Shown here: positions 21,523-33,651 of the stretch, one piece after another
Layout: every line of letters starts with the position of its first letter
How positions within the stretch are numbered: position 1 is the stretch's first letter
Source: Lysobacterales bacterium
GTDB lineage: Bacteria > Pseudomonadota > Gammaproteobacteria > Xanthomonadales > Xanthomonadaceae
Direction: 5' to 3'
DNA length: 64,000 bases
NCBI GenBank assembly: GCA_038242455.1
Contig: JBBSSB010000001.1
Coordinates: 15,069-79,068, forward strand
Program-made: the position numbers and the translations under genes
Notes under the pieces: generated by a model
Seen by the model: the letters and a program-made list of their open reading frames with translations, nothing else
What the model was told of the DNA's origin: nothing
Database searches by the model: none

Positions 21523-22194
21523 TCAGCGCTGTCCGGGCGGATCGCCAGAGACAGACTGTTGCTGTGACAGGATCTGTCGCACCTGTTGCTTGAGCTCGGG
21601 GAGCACTTCCCCGTCGAACCATGGGTTGGCTTTGAACCATGCGACGTTGCGCGGGCTGGGATGGGGCAGAGGCAGGTAGCGCGGCAGGAAATCCCGCCAG
21701 CCACGCACGGTGGCGGTGAGGTTGCCAGGCCGATTCGGGCCCAGAAAGTACGCTTGTGCGTATTGGCCGATCAGGATGTTCAGGCGAATGTTCGGTAGCA
21801 GCGGTATAAGCTGTGGATGCCAAGTAGCGCGGCACTCCGGCCGGGGCGGTGCATCTCCCGAGCCGGCCTTGCCTGGGTAGCAAAAGCCCATTGGCACGAT
21901 GGCGACCTTTGACGGGTCGTAGAAAGTGCGCGCGTCGATTCCCAGCCAATCGCGCAGGCGCGCGCCACTGGCGTCGTCCCAAGGCACGCCGCTCATGTGA
22001 ACTTTACGCCCCGGGGCTTGGCCGGCGATCAGCAGCCGCGCGCCGTGGGCGGCGGCCAGCACGGGGCGCGGTCCCAGTGGCAGGTGCGCCTCGCATATGC
22101 GGCACGCACGGATGTCCACCAGCAGCCGGTCCAGCGGCGTGTCGCCGTCCGGTGCCGTCGGCTGGTCGCCAGATTCGGGGTGCGGGTCGGTCAT
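21523..22194 (-). CDS. Uracil-DNA glycosylase superfamily protein
   Basis: CRIC, GQAPGRKVH, WDDASGARLRDWLG, MGFCYPG, PLPHPSPRN. Confidence 0.88.
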   Translation of the reverse strand: MTDPHPESGDQPTAPDGDTPLDRLLVDIRACRICEAHLPLGPRPVLAAAHGARLLIAGQAPGRKVHMSGVPWDDASGARLRDWLGIDARTFYDPSKVAIVPMGFCYPGKAGSGDAPPRPECRATWHPQLIPLLPNIRLNILIGQYAQAYFLGPNRPGNLTATVRGWRDFLPRYLPLPHPSPRNVAWFKANPWFDGEVLPELKQQVRQILSQQQSVSGDPPGQR

Positions 22195-23570
22195 GGCGGC
22201 AGCAACTTGCCGGGATTGAGGATGCCGTCCGGGTCAAACGCGACCTTGATCTGACGCATCAGTGCCAACGTCGGTGGTGTGATTGCGGTGGGCATGAAGT
22301 CACGCTTGGCCATGCCAATGCCGTGCTCGCCCGAGAGGGTGCCGTCGAGCGCCACCGCCAGCGCGAACACTCGAGCCATCGCGGCGTTCGCGCGCGAGGT
22401 CTGGTCTGCATCTGCGGGGTCATACATCAAGTTGACGTGCAGGTTGCCGTTGCCTGCGTGCCCGAAACACACGATGGGCAGGCCGCATTCGGCGGAGAGC
22501 TGCTGGACGCCGTCAACCAGATCGGGGATGCGTGAAACCGGAACCACCACGTCTTCGTTGATTTTGCCGGCGGCAAGGGTGCGCAAGGCAGGAGAGAGTG
22601 CCTTGCGTGCGGCCCAAAGCTGGGCACGGGCGCCTTCATCAGCGGCGTCGTCCAGCGCCACCAGTCCGTCGCCGGATGCAGCCCGGATCAACGCTTGGAT
22701 GTCATCGGCCAAGTGCCCCGGGTCGCCGTCCGCTTCGATCATCAGCAGCGCGCCGGCTGCTGCAGGTAGATCCGCACCGCCGACCTCCCGCGCAAGGTCG
22801 ACTGCCCGCGAGTCCATGAATTCCAGCATCGATGGGGTCACCGGCTGGGCCATAAGACGTGCCACCGCCTGTGCCGCACTGGCGACATCGCGATAGATCG
22901 CGCGCAAGGCGCGTCGTGCCGGTGGCGTCGGAGTGAGCCGCAACGACGCCTCGACGATCAGGGCCAACGTGCCTTCGCTGCCGACCAGCAAACGTTGCAG
23001 GTCGTAACCGGTCGAGCCCTTGGTGGTCCGCGTGCCGCAATGGATAAGCTCGCCGGCGCCGGTGACGGCGGTCAATGCCAACACGTTGTCGCGGCTTGCG
23101 CCGTACTTCACCGCACGCGGTCCGCCGGCATTGCAGGCAAGGTTGCCACCGATAGTGCTGAATCCCGCGCTGGTCGGGTCTGGCGGCCAGAACAGTCCAT
23201 GGGGAGCGAGCGCGGCTTGCAGGTCGCCGTTGATCACACCCGGCTGGACCACGGCGCAACGATCGCCGGGTGCGATCGCGATGATCCGGTCCATGCGCTC
23301 GAACGACACCACCACGCCGGCCTGGATGGGCACCGCCGCGCCGGTGGTATTCGTTCCTCGGCCGCGGGCGACCACCGGTATTTGATGGCTGCGGCAGGCA
23401 CGTATCAGCGCCTGGACCTGATCCACGGTCGTCGGCAATGCCACTGCGTCTGGGAGGGCGAGTCGCCGGGAATTGTCGTAGGCGTAGGTCAGCCGCTCAC
23501 TGTCATCGGTCAGCCAGCCGTCGCCCAGCAGCTGCGACATCTGAAGGTGCAGGGCGGCGGGCAATGACAT
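22191..23570 (-). CDS. FAD-linked oxidase (GlcD/D-lactate dehydrogenase-like)
   Basis: RGRGT, PPDPTS, GGNLACNAGG, GSEGTL, FGHAGNGNLH, GTLSGEHGIG, FDPDGILNPGK. Confidence 0.88.
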   Translation of the reverse strand: MSLPAALHLQMSQLLGDGWLTDDSERLTYAYDNSRRLALPDAVALPTTVDQVQALIRACRSHQIPVVARGRGTNTTGAAVPIQAGVVVSFERMDRIIAIAPGDRCAVVQPGVINGDLQAALAPHGLFWPPDPTSAGFSTIGGNLACNAGGPRAVKYGASRDNVLALTAVTGAGELIHCGTRTTKGSTGYDLQRLLVGSEGTLALIVEASLRLTPTPPARRALRAIYRDVASAAQAVARLMAQPVTPSMLEFMDSRAVDLAREVGGADLPAAAGALLMIEADGDPGHLADDIQALIRAASGDGLVALDDAADEGARAQLWAARKALSPALRTLAAGKINEDVVVPVSRIPDLVDGVQQLSAECGLPIVCFGHAGNGNLHVNLMYDPADADQTSRANAAMARVFALAVALDGTLSGEHGIGMAKRDFMPTAITPPTLALMRQIKVAFDPDGILNPGKLLPP

Positions 23571-23592
23571 CAGGCGTCGCTCCGTTGGAGGA

Positions 23593-23970
23593 TCAGCAAT
23601 CGTCGGCGCGGAACGCGTCACGCAGCCAGTTCAGACGGGGCGCGGCCGGATCGCCTTCGGCTTCAACCACGTCGAACCGGCACGGGCCGTTGGCAAAACG
23701 CGAGTGCCGTTGCAGGAAAAGTTGCGCGGCCCGAACCAGCTTGCGTTGCTTGCGGAAATCGACCGACGCCGCACCGCCGCCGAAGCGGTCATCCCTGCGG
23801 TAGCGCACCTCGATGAACACGAGCGTGTCGCCATCAAGCATGACCAGATCGAGCTCGCCCAAGCGGTAGTTGGCGTTGGCGGCAACCGGGCTCAGCCCGG
23901 CGTCCGTCAGATGATCGCGGGCAGCGGCTTCAACCGCCGCGCCGAGCGTGCGGCGATCAGTTTCCGGCAC
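23593..23970 (-). CDS. yraN: YraN/UPF0102 family protein
   Basis: [34 protein letters not shown]; start approximate. Confidence 0.9.
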   Translation of the reverse strand: MPETDRRTLGAAVEAAARDHLTDAGLSPVAANANYRLGELDLVMLDGDTLVFIEVRYRRDDRFGGGAASVDFRKQRKLVRAAQLFLQRHSRFANGPCRFDVVEAEGDPAAPRLNWLRDAFRADDC

Positions 23971-25321
23971 TGGGCAGAGGCGAGGTGTATCCGCCACGGA
24001 AAGTCGACCAGACGGGGGTGCGCAGGACCTTGCCGGATGAATCGATAGCCAGCGCACCGGTGGCGCCGGCAATATGCGCGTCCGGAGACTGAGCCAAGCG
24101 CTCCAGGTACGCGCTTAGGAGCCAGGCGTCGTACCCGAAAGCGAACAGCCGCGCCGCGGCGCCACGAGCCGTTGGCAGGGTCTGGCCCAGACTTGCTGCC
24201 GAGGGTAGGCCGCGCACCGTCTGTCCACTGGTCCATGCGTCGGTCGGAAACGCGATGCCATCCAGTACGCGATCCTCCTCGGCTTTACCGGTGCCCGAAA
24301 GCAGCTGTGATGTCGCAACCAGTGGCTTGCCTGACAATCCAGCCATGGCCAGTCGCGGCATTAATTCGCGCGCGTTGGGACCGCGCATCGCGAGATAGAT
24401 CGCATCCACGCCGCCTTCCTTCTGCGCAAACGGCGACAGATCGGCGATGCCTGCGCTGACCACGTCGGTTATGACGCCGCCCAGTTCACCGAGGCGGGCG
24501 CGAAAGGCATCAATGGAGCGGCGGCTGTTGTCGTCTCCTGAGTCGATCACCATCACCCGACGCGAACCACGTGCGGTCATCAGGTCCGCTGCAGCGACGC
24601 CTTCTTCTTCGGGCGACAGCGAGAAGCTGACATTGCCGGGCGGGGGGCTGATGGCCCCCTGATTGAGGGCGAGCATCGGTACCGGAAGAGCGCCGCGCCG
24701 GAACAATGCATCGACGCTGTCGCGCGACAGCGGGCCGACCATAAAGTCACTACCTGCGCTTACCGCTTTGTCATAAGCACTGGCGGCGCCGCCAGTGGTG
24801 CCGTGGGTGTCGTAGAACGCGATCTCCGGGCGCTGCCGTGACTCGGCGTAATACGCAGTCAGGAAGCCATCGCGGACTGCAGCGGCTGGCGCGGCGAGAT
24901 CACCGGTCAATGGCAGCAGGACACCCAGCTTCAACGGTGGTCGATAACCGTCCCGATCGGCAGGCGGACGGCCAGCGGCGTCAAACCCACGGGCGGTGCG
25001 GTCGATCGGACGGGGCAAGGGAAGGCCGCGCGCAAGCAGCGCCCGCGCCAGATAGTTGTACATCGGGTCGCCGATCGGCAATGCCGCAGCTGCCGCGGCC
25101 AGCGAGGCATCGTCCAGCTGGCCAAGCAGTGCGTTGACCTGTTGCGCGTCACCACCGTTTTCCAGCAGCGTGGCGGCTTGGCCGACTACGGGGTGCAACC
25201 CTGGGTCAGCGGGGCCCACGGTGGTGCTCAGCGATGTGCAGCCGGCCATAAGTACGGTCGCGGTGGCCAGAGCTAACAGCCAACCGCGCAGCAGACGTCG
25301 AGTAGTAAGGTTCATCGGCAT
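23957..25321 (-). CDS. lpoA: Penicillin-binding protein activator LpoA/LppC lipoprotein
   Basis: Lipobox [40 protein letters not shown]; position between yraN and rsmI. Confidence 0.88.
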   Translation of the reverse strand: MPMNLTTRRLLRGWLLALATATVLMAGCTSLSTTVGPADPGLHPVVGQAATLLENGGDAQQVNALLGQLDDASLAAAAAALPIGDPMYNYLARALLARGLPLPRPIDRTARGFDAAGRPPADRDGYRPPLKLGVLLPLTGDLAAPAAAVRDGFLTAYYAESRQRPEIAFYDTHGTTGGAASAYDKAVSAGSDFMVGPLSRDSVDALFRRGALPVPMLALNQGAISPPPGNVSFSLSPEEEGVAAADLMTARGSRRVMVIDSGDDNSRRSIDAFRARLGELGGVITDVVSAGIADLSPFAQKEGGVDAIYLAMRGPNARELMPRLAMAGLSGKPLVATSQLLSGTGKAEEDRVLDGIAFPTDAWTSGQTVRGLPSAASLGQTLPTARGAAARLFAFGYDAWLLSAYLERLAQSPDAHIAGATGALAIDSSGKVLRTPVWSTFRGGYTSPLPSAGN

Positions 25322-25461
25322 GCGCTCGCCGAATGACGGCGTTTACAGGGGAGGTCGGGCAATTCTACCTGTCGCTGTCTGCTGTGAATGTATCCACGTC
25401 CTTCGCGTTCTTGCGTTGAGGGCAGATTGGCAAGACAACTGCCTCTAGCATCCCTACCATC

Positions 25462-26334
25462 GTGTCGATGGACAAGCCCGGCACCCTGTATATCGTCGCT
25501 ACCCCGATCGGCAATCTGGGTGACATCTCCGCGCGCGCGCTGGAGGTTCTGGGGACGGTTGACGCGATCTGCGCCGAGGACACCCGGCACACGCGGCAGT
25601 TGCTTTCGCACTTCTCTATGGAGCGGCCTCTGTTGGCCCTGCACCAGCACAACGAGGACGCGCAGGCGGGACAGCTGGTAGCTCGCCTGCAGGCGGGTGA
25701 ATCACTGGCGCTGGTGTCCGATGCAGGTACGCCTCTGGTGAGCGACCCGGGCTTCCGTTTAGTGCGTGCTGCGCGCGCGGCCGGTATCCGCGTATCACCG
25801 GTGCCCGGTGCTTGCGCGGCGATCGCTGCCCTCAGCGTGGCGGGGATTGCTTCGGACCGGTTCGCGTTTGAAGGCTTTCTGCCGGCGAAAGCCGGTGCGC
25901 GCCGGGAGGCCCTGGCCAGGCTGGCATCGGAATCGCGCACTCTGGTCTTCTACGAATCCGCTCACCGCATCGAGGAATCCCTGGCCGACATGGTCACGGC
26001 GTTCGGTCCCGATCGACCGGTGGTGTTGGCTCGCGAGCTAACCAAGCTGTTTGAGACAGTCCTGAATGGCAGCCTGCGCGAACTACTGGCCCGCGTCGAG
26101 TCCGACCCCAACCAGCGCAAGGGTGAGTTCGTGCTGGTGGTCGAGGGTGTCGGTGACGAGGCCGAGGCGCGACTGATTGAAGGCCGTCGGCTGTATCTGA
26201 AGCTGGCGACCCAGCTGCCGCCGTCGGCTGCCGCCAAGCTTGCCTCGGAGCTGAGTGGCGCGCCGCGCAAATCGCTGTACGGCAGCGACGATCCGGGTCA
26301 AGACAAACCCCCGCAGACTCGCGTCAACCGTTAG
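25462..26334 (+). CDS. rsmI: 16S rRNA (cytidine-1402-2'-O)-methyltransferase RsmI
   Basis: LYIVATPIGNLGDIS, AEDTRHT, LVSDAGTPLVSDPG, FYESAHRI, ARELTKLFE. Confidence 0.96.
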   Translation: MSMDKPGTLYIVATPIGNLGDISARALEVLGTVDAICAEDTRHTRQLLSHFSMERPLLALHQHNEDAQAGQLVARLQAGESLALVSDAGTPLVSDPGFRLVRAARAAGIRVSPVPGACAAIAALSVAGIASDRFAFEGFLPAKAGARREALARLASESRTLVFYESAHRIEESLADMVTAFGPDRPVVLARELTKLFETVLNGSLRELLARVESDPNQRKGEFVLVVEGVGDEAEARLIEGRRLYLKLATQLPPSAAAKLASELSGAPRKSLYGSDDPGQDKPPQTRVNR

Positions 26335-26341
26335 ACTGCGC

Positions 26342-26727
26342 GTGGCGGAGTCGGCCAGACAGTCGCGTCATCACAGCGGAGCAATCCGTCGCGGTGCCGA
26401 GGAAAGTCCGGGCTCCACAGGGCACGGTGCCAGGTAACGCCTGGGCGGCGCAAGCCGACGGAAAGTGCAACAGAGAGTAGACCGCCGAACGGTCCGGTAT
26501 TCGCAAGAGTGCGGGATGCGTGGCAAGGGTGAAACGGTGCGGTAAGAGCGCACCGCGAGTCTGGCAACAGACCGGCATGGCAAACCCCACCGGGAGCAAG
26601 ACCAAATAGGGACCTTATGGCGCTGCCCGCGTCGGGTCCGGGTAGGTTGCTTGAGCGTATCGGTGACGATGCGCCTAGAGGAATGACTGTCCAAGACAGA
26701 ACCCGGCTTATCGGCCGGCTCCGCCAC
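26342..26727 (+). ncRNA. rnpB: RNase P RNA (type A)
   Basis: GAGGAAAGTCCGGGCTC, GAAAGTGCAACAGA, GGGTGAAACGGTGCGGTAAGAGCGCACCG, GGCAAACCCCAC, ACAGAACCCGGCTTA; ends pair GTGGCGGAG/CTCCGCCAC. Confidence 0.97.
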
Positions 26728-26988
26728 TTTCTTCTGTTTTCCGCGTTCGTCGCCGGCTTGCCCGGCCGATAGTTGCGCGCCGATCCCAGCTGCGTCGATA
26801 TTCGCCACGCATTGCTGCGCTGCAGCATGAAGGCCGCGTGAAGCGTGCCCTGCGGGTTCACCAAGCGGTCCCCAGCGCTGAGTCACAAAATGTGAGACGA
26901 AACAACGCTTAGTGGACAAGTCTTGAATTGAACTCTGAAGTGTTGCGCAAGCCATTGATCCCGTTAGTGAATTCCCATTTGAAATTCG

Positions 26989-27050
26989 TTGACATCACCC
27001 GGGGGGCTCCCTAAGGTGGTGGTCAGTGGGAAAGCCGGGTTTTTTGTGGT
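26989..27050 (+). promoter_or_regulatory. dcw (mraZ) sigma70 promoter followed by GTGG/TGGG repeats (probable MraZ operator)
   Basis: TTGACA(26989)-N17-TAAGGT(27012), then gtggt..gtggg..ccggg..gtggt at about 10-nt spacing. Confidence 0.7.
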
Positions 27051-27131
27051 TTTCTCTGGCCACAGCCGGAAAACTCCGGTTGTCCGACAGGCAAACCGCC
27101 CCGTAGAGGCGGGCCCAAGCAAAGGTGCGCA

Positions 27132-27578
27132 ATGTTCCAGGGCGAAACTGCCATCACGATTGACGACAAGGGCCGGATGGCGGTGCCCACCGCCTTCCGT
27201 GACGATGTCGCGCGTGACTGTGGCAATCGCTTGGTCATTACCTACAACCCGTTTGAGGTTGGCTCTCTGTATCTCTACCCGCAGGCGGTGTGGGAGCGTG
27301 TGCGCGACCAGGTCAACAAGCTGCCCAAGGCGAAGCGGGTCAATCGGGCAATGCAGTTGAAGCTGGTGGGCGCGGCGACATTCGTGGAGCTGGACGGTAA
27401 CGGGCGCATTACGATCCCGCCCAGCCACCGAGCCGCGGTCGGCATCGAACGCAAGGCCGTGTTGCTGGGAATGGGCGAGAAGTTCGAACTCTGGAGCGAG
27501 CAGGCGCACCACGCGCAGATCCATCAGACGGTGTCGGATGACGATCTGAGCGAAGACCTGCTCGACTTGCAGTTATGA
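27132..27578 (+). CDS. mraZ: Transcriptional regulator MraZ
   Basis: MFQG...[10 protein letters not shown] and second ELDGNGRI repeat. Confidence 0.96.
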   Translation: MFQGETAITIDDKGRMAVPTAFRDDVARDCGNRLVITYNPFEVGSLYLYPQAVWERVRDQVNKLPKAKRVNRAMQLKLVGAATFVELDGNGRITIPPSHRAAVGIERKAVLLGMGEKFELWSEQAHHAQIHQTVSDDDLSEDLLDLQL

Positions 27579-28549
27579 CGGGCGGTGGCGTGGAGCGGGC
27601 AACGTCCTCCGGCCACCTTCCCGTGATGTATCGGCAGTCCCTCAGCGGCTTGCAGGTCAGCGGGAACGGTACCTACCTCGACGGAACATTCGGTCGCGGC
27701 GGTCATGCGCGCGGTGTTCTGGAGTCCCTCGGCCCTGAAGGCCGGCTGCTGCTGATGGACAAAGACCCCGAAGCGATCGCCGTCGCCGAGCGCGAGTTTG
27801 GCGTTGATCCGCGGGTGTCGATCTTCCGCGGCAGCTTTGCCGATATGGGACGTTGGGACGCTGCCAGCGCGGGTCTGGATGGCGTGTTTCTGGACCTGGG
27901 CGTGTCATCGCCGCAGCTGGACGTGGCTGAGCGTGGCTTCAGCTTCAGCAAGGACGGTCCTCTGGACATGCGCATGGATCCCGACACCGGCCAGAGCGCG
28001 GCGCAGTGGCTGGCTGGCTCGGACGAGCAGGAGATCGCCGACGTCTTGTGGACCTACGGCGAGGAGCGTCAATCGCGCCGGATCGCGCGTGCCATTGTTG
28101 CCCGCCGCGACGCCGAGCCGCTGGTTCGTACAGCGCAGTTGGCGGACCTGATCGCAGCAGTGATGCCGCGTGGCAAGCCGGGCTCTGACAAGAGCCGGAT
28201 CCACCCGGCCACCCGCAGCTTTCAGGCAATCCGCATCTTTATCAATCGCGAGTTGGCCGACCTGGAGGCTGGGCTGGATGCGGCGCTGGCGCGACTGAAG
28301 CCCGGTGGCCGTCTGGTGGTGATCAGCTTTCATTCGCTGGAAGACCGCATCGTCAAGCAATTCATCAATCGTCACGCCAAGGCGCCGCCGACCAATCGCC
28401 GCCTGCCAATCGAGATTCCGTTTACGCCGACCCTGCTGGCCCTGGGTGGTGCGCAGAAAGCCGATTACGACGAGACCTCGGTCAATCCACGTTCGCGCTC
28501 CGCCGTGTTGCGGGTCGCCGAGAAGATTGCTGCGCCGGAGTCTGCATGA
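27575..28549 (+). CDS. rsmH: 16S rRNA (cytosine-1402-N4)-methyltransferase RsmH
   Basis: [56 protein letters not shown]. Confidence 0.97.
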   Translation: MTGGGVERATSSGHLPVMYRQSLSGLQVSGNGTYLDGTFGRGGHARGVLESLGPEGRLLLMDKDPEAIAVAEREFGVDPRVSIFRGSFADMGRWDAASAGLDGVFLDLGVSSPQLDVAERGFSFSKDGPLDMRMDPDTGQSAAQWLAGSDEQEIADVLWTYGEERQSRRIARAIVARRDAEPLVRTAQLADLIAAVMPRGKPGSDKSRIHPATRSFQAIRIFINRELADLEAGLDAALARLKPGGRLVVISFHSLEDRIVKQFINRHAKAPPTNRRLPIEIPFTPTLLALGGAQKADYDETSVNPRSRSAVLRVAEKIAAPESA

Positions 28550-28812
28550 TCCTGCGCCTGCTGCTGACGGTGCTGGTGGTGGCCAACCTGGTCACTGCAT
28601 TGGCGGTGGTGCATGCGCGACATCGTCATCGCGTGCTGTTCGTCGAGCTGAACCAACTGGACAAGGCGCGCGACGAGCTCGACATCGATTTCGGCCGGCT
28701 GCAGCTGGAGCAGGCGACGTGGTCGGAAAGCAATCGCATCGATCAGGTCGCCCGTGATCGCCTCGGAATGAAGTTCCCCGAAGGCGAGGAAACGGTGGTG
28801 ATCCGCCCATGA
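28546..28812 (+). CDS. ftsL: Cell division protein FtsL
   Basis: TM plus coiled coil, [17 protein letters not shown]; dcw position. Confidence 0.92.
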   Translation: MILRLLLTVLVVANLVTALAVVHARHRHRVLFVELNQLDKARDELDIDFGRLQLEQATWSESNRIDQVARDRLGMKFPEGEETVVIRP

Positions 28813-30737
28813 GCATGAATCCGGGCAATCGTCACTCTGGCGACGGGTCGAACCTGTCCGTCCTCGCGCGGCTGCGGGCGCGTTTGGGTGCGGGCGCCAC
28901 GTCCCGGTTGCGTGGTCGCAGTCATTACAACGTCCGCCATCGTATGGCGTTGGTGGGCGGAGCCCTGGCGCTCTGCTCGGTGGCGCTGGTGGCCCGCGCG
29001 TTGCACGTACAGGTTCTCAACAACGAGTTTTATGTGCGTCAGGGCGATGCCCGTTCGCTTCGTGAGATTCCGATCCCGACGTCGCGCGGGATGATTACCG
29101 ACCGCAATGGCGAGCCGCTCGCGGTTTCCACCCCGGTCGACTCGTTGTGGGCGAACCCGCCGGAGCTACTCAAGCATCCGGAGCGGATTCCGGAGTTGGC
29201 GCAGGCGCTGGGGATCCCGGCCGATGAGCTGGCGAGCAAACTCAGTCAGCGTGCCGACAAGGAATTCATGTATCTGGTGCGTCGGATGAATCCGGAGCGT
29301 GCCAAGCAGATTCTGGATATTGGCGTGCCGGGCGTGTTCAACCAGCGCGAATTCCGGCGTTTCTACCCACAGGGCGAAGCAATCGCCCACGTGCTCGGCT
29401 TTACCAATATCGACGATCGTGGGCAGGAAGGCCTTGAGCTGGCGTTCGACAACTGGCTCAGCGGTTCGCCTGGTGCAAAGCGCGTAATCCGCGACGGGCA
29501 GGGCCGGATCATCGAGAACGTTGATCTGATCCGTCCAGCCGAGCCTGGTCACGATCTGACCTTGACCATTGATCGTCGTGTGCAGTATCTGGCCTTCCGC
29601 GAACTGCGCCGCGCGCTTCACGACGCGAAGGCGTCAGCTGGCTCGGCGGTGGTGCTGGATGTTGACACCGGTGAGGTTCTGGCGATGGCCAACCTGCCGA
29701 GCTACAACCCCAACCAACTCGATGGTGGCTCAACCGACGCCCGCCGCAACCGCGCGGTGACCGATGTGGTCGAGCCCGGCTCCACCATGAAGCCGATCAC
29801 CGTGGCAGCGGCGCTGTCCACCGGCAAAGTCACCGTCAATACCATGGTCGACACCAACCCGGGCTGGATGCGCAACGGCCGCTACACGATCAACGACTTC
29901 CGCAACTACGGCGCTCTGACCGTCACCGGCGTGCTGACGCATAGCTCCAACGTGGGCTCCGCGAAACTGGCGCTCGCGATGCAGGACAGCTATTTCCACG
30001 AATTTATCCAGGGCGTCGGCTACGGCAGCAAGCCGGGCAGCGGCTTTCCTGGTGAGGCCTCGGGGCTGCTGCGCGCGCCGGGGCAGTGGTCCGGCACCGA
30101 CAAGGCAACCATGTCCTACGGTTATGGCCTGTCAGCGACGCCACTGCAGATCGCGGTGGCGTATGCCGCAATCGCCAATGGCGGCCGGATCATCGCGCCG
30201 ACCTTCGTCAAGGGCCAGCGCAACGAAGCCAGACAGGCAATCAGCCCTGAAATCGCTCGACAAGTGTTGAACGCGATGCAGACGGTCACCGAGACCGGCG
30301 GCACAGCGCAGCGCGCGGCAATTCTTGGCTATCACGTGGCGGGTAAAACCGGCACCGCGCGCAAGTTCAGCGGCACCGGCGGCTACTCGCGGCATTACCT
30401 CGCGCTGTTTGCCGGCGTGGTGCCGGTGGAGCACCCGCGCTTCGCGATGGTCGTCGTGGTCGATGATCCCGATGCCAGTGCCGGCCACGGCTATGGCGGC
30501 GGCGCCGTCGCCGCGCCCGTGTTCAAGAGCGTGATGGAAGGCACTCTGCGCTTGATGGACGTGCAGCCGGACGACATCGAGACGTGGCTGACCGCGCAGG
30601 CGGACGCCCGCGCAAAGCAGCTGCGCGCCAACGGCGGAAAGCCGTCGCGCGATGTGCCGGTGTTGCCGCAGGCTGCGCAGATCCCGTCACCCGAGCAGGC
30701 GCTGCCGACGCCGATCACTATCGGGGGCGCGCCATGA
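28809..30737 (+). CDS. ftsI: Peptidoglycan transpeptidase FtsI (PBP3)
   Basis: [17 protein letters not shown] (SxxK), SSN, GKTGTA. Confidence 0.95.
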   Translation: MSMNPGNRHSGDGSNLSVLARLRARLGAGATSRLRGRSHYNVRHRMALVGGALALCSVALVARALHVQVLNNEFYVRQGDARSLREIPIPTSRGMITDRNGEPLAVSTPVDSLWANPPELLKHPERIPELAQALGIPADELASKLSQRADKEFMYLVRRMNPERAKQILDIGVPGVFNQREFRRFYPQGEAIAHVLGFTNIDDRGQEGLELAFDNWLSGSPGAKRVIRDGQGRIIENVDLIRPAEPGHDLTLTIDRRVQYLAFRELRRALHDAKASAGSAVVLDVDTGEVLAMANLPSYNPNQLDGGSTDARRNRAVTDVVEPGSTMKPITVAAALSTGKVTVNTMVDTNPGWMRNGRYTINDFRNYGALTVTGVLTHSSNVGSAKLALAMQDSYFHEFIQGVGYGSKPGSGFPGEASGLLRAPGQWSGTDKATMSYGYGLSATPLQIAVAYAAIANGGRIIAPTFVKGQRNEARQAISPEIARQVLNAMQTVTETGGTAQRAAILGYHVAGKTGTARKFSGTGGYSRHYLALFAGVVPVEHPRFAMVVVVDDPDASAGHGYGGGAVAAPVFKSVMEGTLRLMDVQPDDIETWLTAQADARAKQLRANGGKPSRDVPVLPQAAQIPSPEQALPTPITIGGAP

Positions 30738-32254
30738 GCGCTTTCGCAATGAGCCGGCTGCCCCATGCGCATCCGCGCCGGATGCGGCTGGCCGAGTTGC
30801 TTCCCGATGTTGCTGACATCCCTGCGGGCCTCGAGATCTCCGGCCTTGTGCAGGACAGTCGCGAGCTCCGCGCGGGCGACGCGTTTGTCGCCATCGGCGG
30901 ATTCGGAACCCACGGATTGAACTTTGTTGCCCAAGCGCGTGCGGTTGATGCTGCAGCGATCCTGTACGAGCCGCCGACCACGGCAGACCTGCCTGCACCG
31001 GACGACGCAATTGCTGTTCCGGGTTTGCGTGCGCGTATGGGCGAGATGGCTGACCGCTTCCACGACCATCCCAGTGCTGCGATGCGGATGGTCGGTGTCA
31101 CCGGTACCAATGGCAAGACCTCTATTGTCCAGCTGCTGGCTCAAGCCTGGTCACTGAGTGGCGTGCGTGGCGCGACGATCGGCACCCTTGGTGTCGGCTT
31201 CGATGGCGCCTTGGTTCCGACCGGCTTCACCACGCCACTGGTTTTGAAGGTGCATGAGCTGCTCGCCGGCCTGCGTGACGCCGGCGCGGACGCCGTGGCG
31301 ATGGAGGTCAGCTCCCACGCCCTGGATCAGGGCCGCGTAGACGGCGTGCATTTCGATGTGGCCGTGTTCACCAATCTCAGCCGCGACCACCTCGACTATC
31401 ACGGCGACATGGCAAGCTACGGCGCGGCAAAGGCGCGCCTGTTTGCGTGGACCGGGCTGAAGGCAGCAGTCACCAATCTCGATGATGCGCATGGCGAGGC
31501 GATGCAGTTTGCTTTGTCGGGTCAGGTGCGGGCCATAGGGCTGAGCTCCCGAAACCATCCGCAGGCAGAGATCCGTGCGGACAATCTGCAGCTCGATAAC
31601 AGTGGAATGAGTTTCCAGCTCGTGTTCGGTCTGGATAGCGATGGGCAGACGTGGACGGTGCGAACCCCGCTGCTGGGACGATTCAACGTCGACAACCTGC
31701 TCGCCGTTGCGGGTGTGCTGTTGGGCACGGGTGAGTCGCCGCAATCGATCGCCGGGATTCTGTCGCAGCTAGCGCCGATTCACGGCCGGATGAACCGTCT
31801 CGGTGGCGTGGATGGCAAGCCATTGGTGGTGATCGATTTTGCGCATACGCCGGACGCATTGGAGCAGGCGCTGGCAACGTTGCGCGCACATGCAGCTGGT
31901 CGGCTCTGGTGCGTGTTCGGTTGCGGCGGCGAACGTGACCGTGGCAAGCGCCCTCAGATGGCCGCAATCGCCGAGGCCCATGCCGACGTCGTTGTAGTGA
32001 CCGACGACAACCCGCGCCACGAAGACGGCGATGCGATCGCTGCCGACATTGTTGCTGGCTTCATCAACCCCACGTCCGTGGTCGTCCAGCGCGACCGCGC
32101 TGCGGCGATTGCCTACGCGGTTGGCGAGGCTGGTGCGGACGACATCGTGCTGATCGCGGGCAAGGGTCATGAGCCTGACCAGGAGGTCGCCGGTATCAAG
32201 CATCCCTTTGATGACACCCAAGTCGCCCGAGCGGCGCTGGAGCGACGCGCATGA
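30734..32254 (+). CDS. murE: UDP-MurNAc-tripeptide synthetase MurE
   Basis: [44 protein letters not shown]. Confidence 0.96.
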   Translation: MSAFAMSRLPHAHPRRMRLAELLPDVADIPAGLEISGLVQDSRELRAGDAFVAIGGFGTHGLNFVAQARAVDAAAILYEPPTTADLPAPDDAIAVPGLRARMGEMADRFHDHPSAAMRMVGVTGTNGKTSIVQLLAQAWSLSGVRGATIGTLGVGFDGALVPTGFTTPLVLKVHELLAGLRDAGADAVAMEVSSHALDQGRVDGVHFDVAVFTNLSRDHLDYHGDMASYGAAKARLFAWTGLKAAVTNLDDAHGEAMQFALSGQVRAIGLSSRNHPQAEIRADNLQLDNSGMSFQLVFGLDSDGQTWTVRTPLLGRFNVDNLLAVAGVLLGTGESPQSIAGILSQLAPIHGRMNRLGGVDGKPLVVIDFAHTPDALEQALATLRAHAAGRLWCVFGCGGERDRGKRPQMAAIAEAHADVVVVTDDNPRHEDGDAIAADIVAGFINPTSVVVQRDRAAAIAYAVGEAGADDIVLIAGKGHEPDQEVAGIKHPFDDTQVARAALERRA

Positions 32255-33651
32255 AGCGACTGCAACTGTCCGATATCGCGCGAATGACCGGCGGCAGCCT
32301 GCACGGCGAGGACGTTGTGGTCGGCGCGATCGCGACGGACACCCGCGCGCTGCCGCATAGCGACGCTGTGTTGTTCATTGCCCTGAAGGGTGAGAATTTC
32401 GACGGTCATGAGCATGTAAATGCGGCGATTGCCGGCGGTGCTGTGGCTGCGCTGGTGGCACGTCTGGTGGATACATCGGTGCCGCAGATACTGGTCGCCG
32501 ATACCCAGCGCGCGTTGGGAAACTTTGCCGCGGCGATCCAGCGTCAACGCAGCGGTCAAGTGATTGGCATCACTGGCAGCAATGGCAAGACCAGCGTCAA
32601 GACGCTGTTGCTCGCCATCCTGGAGCGCGTGGCCCCGGCTTACGGCAACCCCGGGAATTTCAACAACGAGATCGGTTTGCCGCTGGCGGTCTTGGCGGCG
32701 CCCGAGGACGCGCGCTTCTCGGTGTACGAGATGGGTGCTGGAAAGCCGGGCGACATCGCCTATTTGACCGCTATCGCGCGGCCGGATGTTGCGCTGGTCA
32801 ACAACATCGCTCCCGCACATCTGGAGCGCATGGGCAGCCTGCTCGGTGTCGCCGACACCAAGGCCGCGATCTATGACGCGCTGCCACCTCAGGGTGTAGC
32901 GGTGATCAACGCCGACGATGCGTTTGCGCCGTATTTTGCCGAGCGTGCGCATGGTCGCCGCCTGCTGCGGTTCGGACTGGACGCAGGTGCTGATGTGACC
33001 GCGCGCGATCTGGTTGCCAGCGCCACCGGCTCGCAGTTCACGCTGGTTACGCCCGACGGAACAGTGCCGGTGAACCTGATCCTGCGTGGTCGCCACAACG
33101 TACGCAATGCCCTTGCTGCCGCAGCGATAGCGATCGGTCTGGGCGCATCGCTGGAAGCCATCGCCCAAGGGCTGCAGGCGGCAAAGCCGGTGCCGGGGCG
33201 GCTGGTTGCGCATTCGCTGGGTAGTGGGGCGACCTTGATCGACGACAGCTATAACGCCAACCCCGGATCGCTTGCGGCCGCCATCGACACGCTGGCGGAC
33301 ATGCCGGGCGAGGGCTGGCTGGTTATGGGCGACATGCGCGAGCTGGGTGCGGATGCGGAAGCCATGCACGCCCAGGCGGGGCGCCAGGCAAAAGCCGCCG
33401 GAGTGCGCCGCCTGTTCGCGCTAGGCGAACTCAGTGCTGCGGCCGTGCACGAGTTCGGTGACGGCGGTCAGGTGTGTCCAGATCACGCGGCAATGGCGGC
33501 TGAGCTGTCGACCCGGTTGGCCGACGCGCAGGGCACGACGATCAACGTGCTGATAAAGGGTTCACGCGGCAGCGCGATGGACAAGGTCGTGACGGCTCTG
33601 CTGTCCAAGCAACGCCCGTCCGGGCCGGAGGACCATACCGATGCTGCTTGA
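32251..33651 (+). CDS. murF: UDP-MurNAc-pentapeptide synthetase MurF
   Basis: [45 protein letters not shown]. Confidence 0.96.
   Translation: MKRLQLSDIARMTGGSLHGEDVVVGAIATDTRALPHSDAVLFIALKGENFDGHEHVNAAIAGGAVAALVARLVDTSVPQILVADTQRALGNFAAAIQRQRSGQVIGITGSNGKTSVKTLLLAILERVAPAYGNPGNFNNEIGLPLAVLAAPEDARFSVYEMGAGKPGDIAYLTAIARPDVALVNNIAPAHLERMGSLLGVADTKAAIYDALPPQGVAVINADDAFAPYFAERAHGRRLLRFGLDAGADVTARDLVASATGSQFTLVTPDGTVPVNLILRGRHNVRNALAAAAIAIGLGASLEAIAQGLQAAKPVPGRLVAHSLGSGATLIDDSYNANPGSLAAAIDTLADMPGEGWLVMGDMRELGADAEAMHAQAGRQAKAAGVRRLFALGELSAAAVHEFGDGGQVCPDHAAMAAELSTRLADAQGTTINVLIKGSRGSAMDKVVTALLSKQRPSGPEDHTDAA

Noticed and set aside
26331-26955. 177-aa and 194-aa minus-strand ORFs
   Set aside because: Antisense to the RNase P RNA gene; spurious translations
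26728-26988. rnpB-mraZ spacer with TCACA-aaa-TGTGA as a CRP/Clp site or sRNA
   Set aside because: Half-site order and spacing do not fit TGTGA-N6-TCACA; no convincing terminator or ORF
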